Position numbers and translations under genes: made by a program
Notes under the pieces: model-generated
Told to the model about the DNA's origin: nothing
What the model saw: the letters and a program-made list of their open reading frames with translations, nothing else
Databases searched by the model: none
Shown here: piece by piece, positions 13,309-26,570 of the stretch
How positions within the stretch are numbered: position 1 is the first letter of the stretch
Layout of the letters: each line of letters starts with the position of its first letter
Assembly: GCA_964016885.1 (NCBI GenBank)
Contig: OZ024743.1
Coordinates: forward strand, 149,792,001 to 149,856,000
DNA: 64,000 nucleotides
Source: Eledone cirrhosa
Lineage: Eukaryota
Reading direction: 5' to 3'

Positions 13309-13347
13309 TGTGTGTGTGTATGTAGATACACACACACACACACATAG

Positions 13348-13401
13348 AGGGTGTCCAAAAAATGTATACATACTTTAACTGTATTTGGGGGAGGACACCC
13401 T
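13348..13401. mobile_element. Degenerate short relative of the 11773 MITE
   Basis: AGGGTGTCCAAAAAATGTATACA...GGACACCCT. Same TIR type. Confidence 0.6.
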
Positions 13402-13423
13402 ACATATAATGCATACATATATT

Positions 13424-13484
<61 letters not shown>

Positions 13485-13557
13485 ATTAAAATAACAGATT
13501 AAAGTTTAAGCAAAGAATCGCTGCGTTCACTTTAGCCTTCAAATTTATTATTATTAC

Positions 13558-13849
13558 TATATATATATATATATATATGCTATATATATATATATATGCT
13601 ATATATATATGCTATATATATATATATATGCTATATATATATATATATGCTATATATATATATGCTATATATATATATATGCTATATATATATATATGCT
13701 ATATATATATATATATATATATATATGCTATATATATATATATATGCTATATATATATATATATATGCTATATATATATATGCTATATATATATATATAT
13801 ATGCTATATATATATATATATATATGCTATATATATATATATATATATG

Positions 13850-13886
<37 letters not shown>

Positions 13887-14160
13887 ATATATATATATAG
13901 GATATATATATATATAGCATATATATATATATATATATAGCATATATATATATATATATATATAGCATATATATATATATATATAACATATATATATATA
14001 TATATATGCTATATATATATATGCTATATATATATATGCTATATATATATATATATGCTATATATATATGCTATATATATATATGCTATATATATATGCA
14101 TTTATATGCTATATATATACATTTATATATATATATGCATTTATATACATATATATATAT
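13558..14160. repeat. (TA)n array punctuated by GC (ATGCT units) with an internal inverted segment
   Basis: ATGCT units at 13577-13851 and 14006-14088, and reverse-complement AGCAT units at 13916-13970. Confidence 0.9.
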
Positions 14161-14304
14161 AGAGAGAGAGATTGATATATAGAGATTGATATATATATGC
14201 ATATATATATATATAAATATGCATAAATATATCATATTTATACTTATATATACATACACACACACACACAGATATACACACACACACGCATATATATATA
14301 TGTG

Positions 14305-14337
<33 letters not shown>

Positions 14338-15290
14338 ATTTATATATCTATATATGTGTGTATACAGATATAACGTTTTCTGACATCTCCGAAACTCCCC
14401 TAGCCCTATTACAACTCAGTCTTTATGTCCCCCTTCTCATTTCTAATATATCGCGGCATCTGTAAACACACTTTTTTAATGCACATTTTTTTTTTGTTTT
14501 GTTTAAACTTATTTTCATCTTTAAAATAATTAATTATATTTACATACGTACGTTGCACTCACTCCTTTGTGTACACGTCTGTGTATTTATTTAACTTTTC
14601 AATTAGATACCCTGAACCCATAATATAATCAATCAAACAGCGAACATTTTAGTGTGTGTGTGTAGTTAAACTCACCGAAATTTAAAAAGCGACACCCGGT
14701 TTTTATTCTCAACTGGGTCCATTTCATTTCACATGCATCGATACGAACTTTCGAAAAGCGTTAGAGCCCCTAGCCTTTCCCTTTCTTTTCCGTTTTTTTT
14801 TGTTTTTTTTACATATATTTTCTCATTTTACATTCTATTCTTTCTTCTCTGTTTCTTTTTTCTTTTTCTTTTATCAGTAATTTTCTCAATGTATCATTAT
14901 ATTAACATATAAATAAGAGTTAGTAAGCGAACATTTTGCGGTTGTCTTTTGTTTTCCTCTTCTTTTATTCTCCCTAAAAAAAGTATCTTTAAAACATCTT
15001 TAAAAGTCTTGGGATTCTTTCTAAACATTTGAGTCCTAGTTTGTTGGCCGGAATTACAGAGTTTTGAGACAAATTACAATATAGCTTTAATTTCACCCGA
15101 TAACAGTTATTCGACCAGACGATTAAAATTATGCGTGTGTGTGTGTGTGTGTGTGTGTTTGCCTGTCTGTCGATGCGTCCATCTGTTCGTCTGTTTTGTA
15201 TTGTCTTGTTTTTTTTCATTTTCGAAATTTTTATACATCCCATGTAAACATAAAATAGTAGTGTCTTTCTTAAGTAAAGTTATTCTTTAA

Positions 15291-15478
15291 ATAATTGTTT
15301 CTACTTTAGGCACAAGGCCAGCAAATACCCAGTGTATTACTGGTACTTTACTTTATTTTATCGACCCCGTAAGGATGAAAGGCAAAGTCAACCTCGGCGG
15401 GATTTGAACTCAGACCGTAAAGGGACGTAACTATGCTGGAAAGCATGGTGTCTGACCCTCTACCGATACTGCCAATCC
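15291..15478 (-). mobile_element. Young SINE family A, subtype 2
   Basis: Reverse complement of the 5701 copy with few differences (extra CTTTA duplication). Confidence 0.92.
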
Positions 15479-16465
15479 ATATAATTACCACTGATTACAT
15501 TTAAGCTTTTGTTTGATCTTCGTTTTTACGTTTACTTTTTAACCTCTTTATCATTTTTAAAAATTATATTGCTAAAATCCCATTACCTCATAGGAATATT
15601 TCTTTTCTATCCTTTACCTTTTGGGGAATAATTGTTTATTTAGTATTTTAATTACTTTTCATCTTGAGTGTTTTCATTTCTTTTTCTTTTTCATCTGAAG
15701 ATGTAAATGAAAATCAACAATTTTCGCTCCTTGAGTGTTATTTCTAATTTTGTGTTGTTGATATTTAGATATGGATAATGATAACAACAACAATAAAAAC
15801 AATTAATAATAATAACAATAATAAGGCCCTATTTTGTTTCAAATTCAATTTCTCGATAAAATGTTATCTTTTCACGTAGTTTCTGTTTTTAGTATCTATA
15901 TTATTCACCAAAGACTCCTCAAAATAGCTTCATGATTAGAATTGTTCTTTGGTTGATGGTACTTTACTTGCTGGGTGTTTTCATAATATGCACCAGGTGT
16001 TACATATTATAGATGTACTTAAGTGCGTGCGTTCTCTTCACTTTTCACCTGTTATTAGTTATGAACAATTTATTTGTGGTAGAACCCAAATAATTTCCTT
16101 ATTTTCAATTTGGTTATTTCATTTTTAATGTTTCCTAGAGAGCAGTTTTTTTTTTTATCCAATGCCAAATTTGAGGTAAATTTGCTAATTTGTTTGTACA
16201 AACAATTCTGTTGGAATATTGTTATATAAACTTATTCATATAAACTACCGACATTGCCTTGGTTATTATTATCTCAGGGTTTGTCCGGTCTATTCTTCAG
16301 CCTTATTCAGGTGTCTGTCCACTGAAAGGTTGTGATTGTAACAATCAAGGTGAGAACAGTAATCTTCATAAATCAGTTTAGAGTAAAGATAATTCCTCGT
16401 CTCAGAAATTCCTTTAGAATATGTTCATAACTTCATACTCGTTATTGTTTCATTCCCTATCAGAG

Positions 16466-16567
16466 AAATTTGAAGTGCCTGAGTATGAATACTTTCATAT
16501 TTCACAGAAAAATTTGAAATAATTTCTGAGAAATATGAAAGTATTCATACTCTGGTACTTCAAATTT
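16466..16567. repeat. Palindrome, 45-bp arms, 12-nt spacer
   Basis: Arms 16466-16510 and 16523-16567 with 3 mismatches. Confidence 0.9.
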
Positions 16568-17020
16568 TGTTGTAACTAGAAATATTTGTATTTTAGTTTA
16601 ATTCAAATGACATTTCCAATCTTTTGTTTCTTTTCTTTCCCTATATTTTTTCCCTTATATTTAAAGTATTTTAGAAACAAGTATGAAGTGTGTTAAAATA
16701 TTACAAAATAATAGATAGGGTCATATGTGATAGGGACTATGATAACAAAAATCTTTACTTACTGTATATTATTTTAATTCGAAGGGTTATTTATCAAATT
16801 AAGTTTATTCAGTTTATAAATTCTGTATTCACTATTTTATTGAAAGAAAACTGTTTGTTGCATAATTTATGATAAAAATCTGTCTAAAAATATTTAATAA
16901 ATTGGAATGTTTATCTTTCAACTTTTAAAAAAAGTTGTAACCATATATGCTATGTATAAGTTCAATGCTAACAATTAAAATAAATAGTAAAGTCATTCAA
17001 TAATTAAAATGATGATGCTT

Positions 17021-17275
17021 AATAATAATAATAATAATAATTTCTTTATTGGCCACAAGGACCTACATATAGGGAACAATACAATAAACAGGGACAGTGA
17101 GGCTTTACATATATATAACATGTAAAAACATATAAATAATAACAAAATAGCAATAAAATACAAACAACAGAGTTCCTCAATAGGTGGGGGATAAACACCC
17201 AGAGGTGACTCAGGTACCCCACCAAACCTGAACCACCCAACGCTTCGAGGCACTCGGGAAGGGTACCCCTCTCTT
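17021..17275 (-). mobile_element. LINE 3' UTR fragment (L1/Tx1-like) with (ATT)n tail
   Basis: Minus strand ends CCTTGTGGCCAATAAAGAAATTATTATT. Related to 4161-4277. Confidence 0.5.
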
Positions 17276-17535
17276 CCTTAAATTAATACTAATAATAATG
17301 TTACACTAGATATATATCGTCTTAATCAATGTTAATCAATTAAATATATAAACAAAACACAAAAATAAGAAACATACACAATCACTTTATGTATACAGAC
17401 AGAGACACCCTAATCAGAATTGTGATAGTTAACATGACTCACTAGTGCTTTAATTCTCTATATAGATAGATAGTGTAATTTGAATTATATATAATGTCTT
17501 TCATTTTTTTATGATTTGTTTAATACACACATATA

Positions 17536-17726
17536 TTCTTTTACTGGCTTCAGTCATTAGAATGCAGCCGTCCCGGGGCTCCATCCATTTAGATGATAAC
17601 ATCGATTCCGCTGTACTTATTCTTTAAAGTCTGGTACTCATTTTATCGATCTCCTTTTGCCGAAATGCTACGCCACGAGTACAAACAAGCAGTAAACCTA
17701 AACGTGTGGACAAATGCCCCCCCCCC

Positions 17727-17764
<38 letters not shown>

Positions 17765-17915
17765 TACGGACATCTACAGAGTTTCCGTCCATCAAATTTC
17801 ACTCACAAGGCAGTGTCAACCCGAAGTTATAATAGATTATTGGCGAAGGGGTGACACGCAGTTGGACTGAACCCGAAGTTACGTGGTTTTGAATTGGACC
17901 CCTTAACCTTACAGC
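17536..17915 (-). mobile_element. Full-length SINE family C with internal C-run/(AT)n
   Basis: Colinear with 3440-3820: tail, internal microsatellite at 17717-17762, then head. Confidence 0.75.
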
Positions 17916-18081
17916 TTTATCTAATGTGTGTCTTTTTATAATTATATAGATGTACAGAGGTTTTGTGTCGACAGATAGTACATGATACAGACAATATTGC
18001 TAACTGTGTCACACACGAACAAACACTTACGTTATTAATATATTCACTAAAAATAATTTTTGTATATTATTATTTATAGTA

Positions 18082-18139
18082 AATAAAGCACCAGTAATGC
18101 ACTGGGATAATTGCTGGCCCTGTGCCAAAAGTAGAAAAA
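18082..18139 (+). mobile_element. Short 3' fragment of SINE family A with 16-bp TSD
   Basis: TSD ATTATTATTTATAGTA at 18066-18081 and 18140-18155. Confidence 0.88.
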
Positions 18140-18431
18140 ATTATTATTTATAGTATTAGCATGGAGATGGTTGAGGCCTATTAGTATGATGTTACGCATT
18201 TTGCTACTTTGAGTTTCAAATCCTGTTAAAACCATCTTTCCCTCCTTTAAATTATCATATAAGTAGATATATCAACTATCTTGCTTCGTAATTAGAAAAA
18301 TAAATCTTGTCTCTACACGAAAAATATTATTATTATTATTAAAATAAATAAATAAACAATAATAGAGAATAAATAAATAAATAAATAAAGAAAGAAATTT
18401 AAAAAAAAAGAAAGAAAGAAAGAAATCATTA

Positions 18432-18490
<59 letters not shown>

Positions 18491-18619
18491 GTCATCATCA
18501 TTAAAAGAAATCATTATTATAAATGCTAAAGTATTCCAATTTTCTCTGTTTACCATTTATATTTCTTACTGACCTTTATGTTGGCACTTTGTTTAAATTC
18601 TTATTCATCTGACCTACAG

Positions 18620-18700
18620 ATACATTTCACTCCAAGATTCTTATAACGCCCTTCCCCCCTACAAGGTTACCTCTTGAATTTCAGAAATGATTACTCAAAG
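18620..18700 (+). other. Candidate spliced exon (5' UTR or start-codon exon)
   Basis: Pyrimidine-rich ...CTGACCTACAG acceptor and strong AAG|GTAAGA donor. Stops in all three frames, but ATG ATT ACT CAA AG lies at the 3' end. Confidence 0.25.
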
Positions 18701-19053
18701 GTAAGATATTTCATTTTTCATTATTATTCTATCTATTCTCTTTTCAATGAATTCAGCCATCTACCACTACCACCACTACCACCACCACCACCACCACCAA
18801 TACAACAACAACTACCATCAGATCATCTCAACAATTCTTTTGAACTTGTAATTTACTTTCATGTCTATATAAGTGTTCTTGTTCTTGTTATTTGCATCAT
18901 TAATGAATTAATAGTAATGATATTAATATTGATAACTATCATTTTTTAATTATTTTATTATTGTTATTACTGTTATTATTACTGTTATTGTTTCTGTCAT
19001 ACATATATTTTGATGTTAAATATTAAGATGTTAAAGACTGAAAAGTTGTACTG

Positions 19054-19091
<38 letters not shown>

Positions 19092-19524
19092 ATCTATATG
19101 TATGTATATGTATATATATATATATATTTAAATATATATGTGTGTATATGTATGTATGTATATATATATATATGTATGTATCTATATGTATGTATATATA
19201 TATATATATGTATGTATCTATATGTATGTATATATATATATATATATGTATGTATCTATATGTATGTATAAATATATATATATATATATATGTATGTATA
19301 TGTTTATATATATATATATTTAAATATATATGTATGTATGTATATATATATATATTTATATATATGTATATATATATACATATATATTTATATATATATG
19401 TAAGTATGTATATATATATGTATATATATATATATTTATATCTATATATATATTTATATCTATATATATATGTATATATATATATATTTATATCTATATA
19501 TATATTTATATCTATATATATATT

Positions 19525-19563
<39 letters not shown>

Positions 19564-19570
19564 TTATATC

Positions 19571-19607
<37 letters not shown>

Positions 19608-19640
19608 TTATATCTATATATATATTTATATCTATATATA

Positions 19641-19702
<62 letters not shown>

Positions 19703-19858
19703 TGTATATATTTATTTATGTATATATATATATGTGTATATATATATTTATATATATATGTATGTATGTATATATTTATATACATATATGTATGTATATA
19801 TTTATTCATATATATATATGTATGTATATATTTATTCATATATATATATGTATGTATA

Positions 19859-19905
<47 letters not shown>

Positions 19906-19962
19906 ATATTTATATTTATATATATATATATGTATATATTTATTTATATATATATGTATGTA

Positions 19963-20007
<45 letters not shown>
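19054..20007. repeat. Long interrupted (TA)n/(TATG)n array
   Basis: Direct reading. Confidence 0.97.
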
Positions 20008-20009
<2 letters not shown>

Positions 20010-20947
20010 GTGACAAAATCAGCAGTGGTGGAGGGTGCTCTGAAAGTATAGTATCTAGAGTCAGAACTGGATGGAAAAAGTTCAGAGAGCTTATACCACT
20101 ATTAGCCGCTAAAGGGTTCTCCCTAAAAATGAAAGGCAGGCTGTATGATGCCTGCATACGAACAGCAATGTTACATGGCAGTGAGACCTGGGCATTGTGT
20201 GCAGAGGATATACGCAGACTGGAGAGGAACGAAGCTTGCATGCTCCGCTGGATGTGTAATAGTAATATACGTGAACGGCAAAGCATAAACGAACTAAGGG
20301 AAACATTAGAAATAAGAGAGATCAGATGTTGTTTACTCGAGAGAAGGCTACGTTGGTATGGTCACGTGATGCGCATGAAGGACGATAGCTGTATAACAAA
20401 GTGCAGGGCAATAAAGATAGACGGTAGCCACGGAGTAGGCAGACCCAGAAAAACCTGGGACGACTTGATAAATTCCGACCTCACACACTTACACCTCTCC
20501 AAGACAATGTCACTGGACCGAGATCTTTGGCGCTACACAGTAATACAGAAAACCCGCCTTACCTAAGTACAAAGTGAAACCTACTACAGTCAGTAGGCAC
20601 CTCTAACAAAATACACCCCCGTCCCACTACCCCCACCCCATCCACACCACCCCTTTCAATGTAAAGTTATGTTAGTACCACAACATCCAGCCCGAAACAA
20701 ATGAGGTCGTGTAGGTGTCACGACAAAAAAACACACAGTCCACGCTGTAATGTGGCCGTGTAGGTAACACGGTAAAAGCCTCCCAGTCCACACTGTAAAC
20801 GTGGTTGGTGTTAGGAAGGGCATCCAGCCGTAGAAAACCCGCCAGACAGTCCTATGCGAGCAAGACAACCACTCTTGCCTCAAGTGGGAAAACTCCCGTC
20901 CAAACCCATGCAAGCGTGGAAGATGGACGTTAAACGATGATGATGAT
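20008..20947 (+). mobile_element. Young 5'-truncated RTE LINE: intact C-terminal ORF part (to 20566) plus 3' UTR and (GAT)n tail
   Basis: [28 protein letters not shown]...[20 protein letters not shown]...[12 protein letters not shown]...GRPRKTW...DRDLWR, about 186 codons with no stop. Ends GGACGTTAAACGATGATGATGAT. Flanked by TA arrays. Confidence 0.93.
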
Positions 20948-21049
20948 TATATATATATATGTATATATATATATATTTATATATATATGTGTGTATATAT
21001 TTATTTATATATATATACGTATGTATATATATATATATTTATATATATA

Positions 21050-21098
<49 letters not shown>

Positions 21099-21127
21099 AT
21101 TTATATATATGTATATTTATATATATG

Positions 21128-21178
<51 letters not shown>

Positions 21179-21656
21179 TTATATATATGTATGTATATAT
21201 ATATATGTATATTTATATATATGTATGTATATATATATATATATATGTATATTTATATATATGTATGTATATATATATATATACACATATATATATGTAT
21301 ATATATATATGTATATATATATATACATATATATATGTATATATATATATGTATATATATATATACATATATATATGTATGTATGTATATATATGTATGT
21401 ATGTATGTATATATATGTATGTATATATGTATGTATATATATGTATATGTATATATATATGTATGTAAATATAAATATATATATATATGTATGTATATAT
21501 ATATTTATATATATGTATGTATGTATATATATATTTATATATATGTATGTATATATATATATGTATATTTAGATATATATATGTATGTATATATATATAT
21601 ATATTTATATATATTTATGTATGTATATATGTATATTTATATATATATATGTATAT

Positions 21657-21720
<64 letters not shown>

Positions 21721-21746
21721 GTATATATATATATATATATTTAATG

Positions 21747-21841
<95 letters not shown>

Positions 21842-21903
21842 TTCTTTGTGTGTGTGTGTCTTTATGTTTGTGTGTGTATGTGTGTATATATATATATATG
21901 TAT
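20948..21903. repeat. Long interrupted (TA)n/(TATG)n/(TG)n array
   Basis: Direct reading. Confidence 0.97.
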
Positions 21904-23925
21904 ATTACATCAATTTCTCAGTGGAAATGATGTTTTAGCTGAAGCCGTTTTTTTACAGTCATATGCCATTCCTAGCATTAATCACTCAACCATAGAATAG
22001 TATGGTATTCAGTTTATCATCTTAATATTCTGAGCTCAAACCTAGCTGGATTCTGTTTAACGTCAATCCCTTGGGGTGGAGGGATGATAAAATAGCAATA
22101 TGGTTTTATTAATCACTCTCCTACAAAACAGGCCATGTGCCTTCCTTCTCACAAGTCCTGTACCTTTAATTATGTGATAAGAGCAATTCAATTGATTATA
22201 TCCCTTACCTTTACACATTTTTATGTTTTTGTGTTAATTGTATTAATTCAACAATTCATTCATATTGTTGTTACCATGATATTTGTAGATGCTAGTAGTT
22301 CATAACCCTTTTTTACACAGTGTTAGTGTTAAAAAGAAACAATGCAAAATTCAAAAAAATTGTCCCCAAAATATTTAGATTGTTTTCTTGTTTTGCGTGT
22401 GCCCCCCATGTACAAAATCACTGCTATTTGTCATAAAATAAAATGATTTAGTTTCATGCTGTTGATTCTTTGTGGGTGTCACTTTGCAATGAAAAAGTAA
22501 TAAGAATGTTTGGAATAGCACAGTCTTTTATTTCATGTCTCAAAAAAGATTTTGGTTTCAATTAATACTATAGTTTTTGAGTGTGTATGAACACTACAAT
22601 TACTCAGCTCTGCTTAACTATGAATCTAAATTGCTATACATATATAGTTAAAAGAAAAATTATTCATCTGTATTTTTGCAGCAAAGTCCTTTCAGAATGA
22701 CTTTGCCTTTATCCCTTGTTTGGGGGTCAGGTGAGTAACATTGAAGTACTGATGTCATTTCAATCATCAAAAAAATGTGTGGCCTACATATAAAAAAGAA
22801 AATGCTCAAACTATTATGTGGATTAGCATAATTAATAATAGAGAATAATTAAATAGATATCATAATTATTGTTCATCCTACCACAGCTGTCAGTAGTAAT
22901 TTTCATTAAACTAGATAAGATAACTTTCAAAAAGTGTTTTGGTGTGACTGCTCCCCCCCCCCCCCCCTAACACACACACACCACCTCCACCACTAAAGTT
23001 CCATAAGGTATATTTTTATACCAATTATCACATTGTTGAGCAGATAAATTGTTGCAATTTATTTAATCCTCCATTACATTAAGTACTCCCAATAATATGG
23101 CTAGGAGCCTCCTTTCTCTAATTAGACAACACTTCATATGAAGACACAAATGCTACAAACTTTTTAATGCATATAATGTCAAAGTGAGTTAACCTTGCAT
23201 GTTACAAAGGTAAAAACAAACTTGTATGCAAGGCTCACCCAAGGCAAACACTTGCACCTACCAAAATCAAAACAAATGTTCACTGAGAGGATCTTACATT
23301 TCCAAAGCAGTGATCTGCAGGGTAACTCTCAACACACCAGTTGGTATTCCAATGTACTACATAGTATTCACAGCTAATGATTTTGCAGCAAGTTTCATTC
23401 ACCACATGACTTCCTTCAGGTCCAGAGAAAAGTAAAATTCAATACCCAGCTCTTCTTGGCATACCTGTAGCCCACAGCTGTCAACTAGGCCTCTGGGACA
23501 AGTTGCAAATATTAGAAAAGATAGTGACATCCCTTAATACATAAGTTGTGCTCTCTGCTGGCTAATTTCAAACCATCAATTGATCGTGTTAGCTACCAAT
23601 CACACTTAGGTAATCTCACAAAACCACTGTTAAGTGACTTTACTCAACACCCAATTCGAATTAGCCTTATATAAAAGCCCTTAAATTCATTAACGATTTG
23701 CATCTGAAAAATCAAGAGCATCTTTTGGCATTACTGTGCAAATTTATGTAATGTAATACTGAATTAAATAATATAGACAAATAAATATGTATACGTTTGC
23801 ACATATGTGTTTGTGTATGAATAGATGTATATGTATTTTTTTGTGTATATATATATACACAAAGATATATATATATATGTGTGTGTGTGTGTATATATAT
23901 ATATATCTGTGTGTATATATATATA

Positions 23926-24054
23926 TATATATCTGTGTGAGTGTTTGTTTCTCTGTATATATGTGCATGTGAATATATATATAAGTAGATGTATATATCT
24001 GTGTGAGTGTTTGTTTCTCTGTATATATGTGCATGTAAATATATATAAGTAGAT
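23926..24054. repeat. Tandem duplication of a ~65-bp unit
   Basis: TATATATCTGTGTGAGTGTTTGTTTCTCTGTATATATGTGCATGT.AATATATAT..AAGTAGAT x2. Confidence 0.85.
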
Positions 24055-24137
24055 ATATAGATATATATAGATATATATATATATGTCATCATCGATTAAT
24101 GTCCATCTTCCACGCTAGCATATATGTATGTCTATAT

Positions 24138-24350
24138 GTTGGAGTAACTGTCAATAAATACTTAGTCTGGAGTGCCCACATAAACAACAAGGTTGACATA
24201 GCCTGCAGGATGTCTTTCAGTCTAGAGATATTCATACCATTATTCTTCTCTCCACAATGTTTCATTACTGTTGCCTACTGTGGTTTCCCTATATGGAGCA
24301 GTGTATTAGGAAAATTGAAGCACTCCAGAGGTCAATTACAAAAACGATGG
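24138..24350 (+). pseudogene. Decayed CR1-group LINE RT C-terminal fragment
   Basis: VGVTVNKYLVWSAHINNKVDIACRM and, after a frameshift, HYCCLLWFPYMEQCIRKIEALQRSITK match the LGV..D..L.W..HI...V..A and LEYC...WSPY......IE..QR..TK motifs. Confidence 0.7.
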
Positions 24351-24833
24351 GCAACATGGCAGAGAGTGTATTGGGTATGTTTATCATGTTGATTGCCAAA
24401 TCCAGAGTGTATCATAAATATATATATATATATTTTTATGTATGTATATATGTATGTATGGTATGTGCGTGCATGTAAATATATATATATGATGATGATC
24501 ATCATCATTTAATATATATTTATTGCATTATATAGTTAGATTATGAAGATCAGTGTCATTTTGCATGTGCATTGTGTTGGCCTGTGTTGGACAGGTCTTC
24601 ACACCTTGAGTGAGTTTATATATGGAGTTACTGCCCTTGGAGATAGGTTGGAGAACCACATTTCATTTGAAGATTCGACCAGAAGCAAGCTTCCTGATAT
24701 TGGATGCTCTTTCTGCCAACAGCTAATTAATAGTGAATGCTTACATTCTATACCCTTAAAATATTTTCTAAGTGATAAAATAATGTCATTCCTTTGTCTC
24801 TGCACACATGCACATTTGTCTCTGCACACATGC

Positions 24834-24928
<95 letters not shown>

Positions 24929-25689
24929 CAAATATATATGTGTGTGTATTAATATAAATACATGTGTGTGTGTATGTCTGTGTGCGCACACACACACAGA
25001 TATATAGATAGATTGATGATGAGATAAATAGAAAGACACATATATATATATATATATATAAATATATATTCAAATGCATATACATGAGTGTGTGTGTGTT
25101 TATGTATGTATGTATGTGTATGTGTATGTATGTCTGTACCAGTGCATATTTATATGATGTGTATGTATGGATGTTTTTATATGTATTCTGTGAAAATACA
25201 CCTTAACTCATTTGACAGTTTTCCTTACTCCTCTGCTTGCAATAATTTCCTTTGTTTCTGTTTGACACTTAATCTTACAATAGGATTAGATTAAGAGTTT
25301 TAATTATGCCATTCCTAATTCCATTTCGCGTTAAACTAATAGAAATGTAAATGAAATGTAAGATTAATTTCCACAATTTCAATTATGTCATTTCATCTTT
25401 AATTAGTCCATATGTTTTTTTTTTAGGGGGGGGGGGATAATTTACGGCAGAGGGGGATTTGGCTTCCTAATTTGACATTTCCCATGAAAAGTAGATATCA
25501 ATTGTATACGTGAAATTTGGGGAATTTTCTAATACACATTTATATGATACATATTTCATGCATTTTGAAGTTATACATTTGAATTGGAAATTTCAATTCA
25601 ACATTTGTCATGCTCCACGCGATTTTTAAAATTCCTGTTTTCCATTAAACACTGTCTTCTTCCAATATGATCGATCTACAGAGTGTTTT

Positions 25690-26570
25690 CTCAGTTATTT
25701 TCTCCGATTTTTTTATATTATCAAAGCTCTTTTGATGCAGTCTTTCTCCATGAGTTTTGGTTTATGCCTTGGTCATTTGCCTTTGACTAACTCCCTGTAC
25801 AATAACATCCTAGGAATACGATAATCTAGCATTCTTACAACATGGCTGCTCCAGCACAATCTATATTAAATTATGAGAGATTCAATAATTTCAAAATGAC
25901 TTCGTTCCAGCACTTTAACTCATATGTGATCGCCAATTGATATTATGTATTCTGTGACAACTGTTGATGAAAATGTTCAAACATTTTTATATTTGACTGG
26001 TATATGACCCTAGTTCCACATGCATACAGCATTGAAGTCAATACATATGTTATGGACACCTTTAACTTTGTATCAATGAAAATCCCACATCAACACCAGA
26101 GACACCCATCTAATTTACCTAAAGAATCACTTGCTTTTTTTAGTTGTAAAGATATTTTATCATCAAGGATTTTTGTCATGTAAATTGTGCTGCCTAATAC
26201 ACACATTTATCCATAATCTTCAATGTTTTACCATACACAGAAATGCTAGGCCCAGTGAAATCCTTGTATGGAGTAGGTTGATACATGACAACTGTCTTGG
26301 CCAGACTGATTGTCAGATCCAGTGCACTGCATGACTCTGAAAAAGAATCCACCAGGCGATGCATGTCACTCTCAGAGTGAGCAATAAGATCACAACCATT
26401 TACCTACAAACACTCATGTATTAAAGAAGTGAAGACCTTTATTTTGGCAGCAAACTATCTGCAAACTTGCTCATTGAATGATATTTAATATAAATTTAAT
26501 GTGTGCAGTCCTCAAATGCCATAAGGCAAACTATAGAGAAATTCAATGTAATCAGTGTATCCCCTTTTTT
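25690..26570 (-). pseudogene. Decayed RTE (BovB-like) LINE RT and C-terminal region
   Basis: Minus strand: CDLIAHSESDMHRLVDSFSESCSALDLTISLAKTVVMYQP...KKASDSLGKL...GIFIDTKLKV...MLYACGT...RLCWSSHVVRMLDYRIPRMLLYRELVKGK. Many stops. Confidence 0.85.

Noticed and set aside
23150-23710. Higher-complexity segment that might be a decayed TE ORF
   Set aside because: The frames I translated had stops and no motif I could assign with confidence. A tBLASTn/Dfam search is needed.
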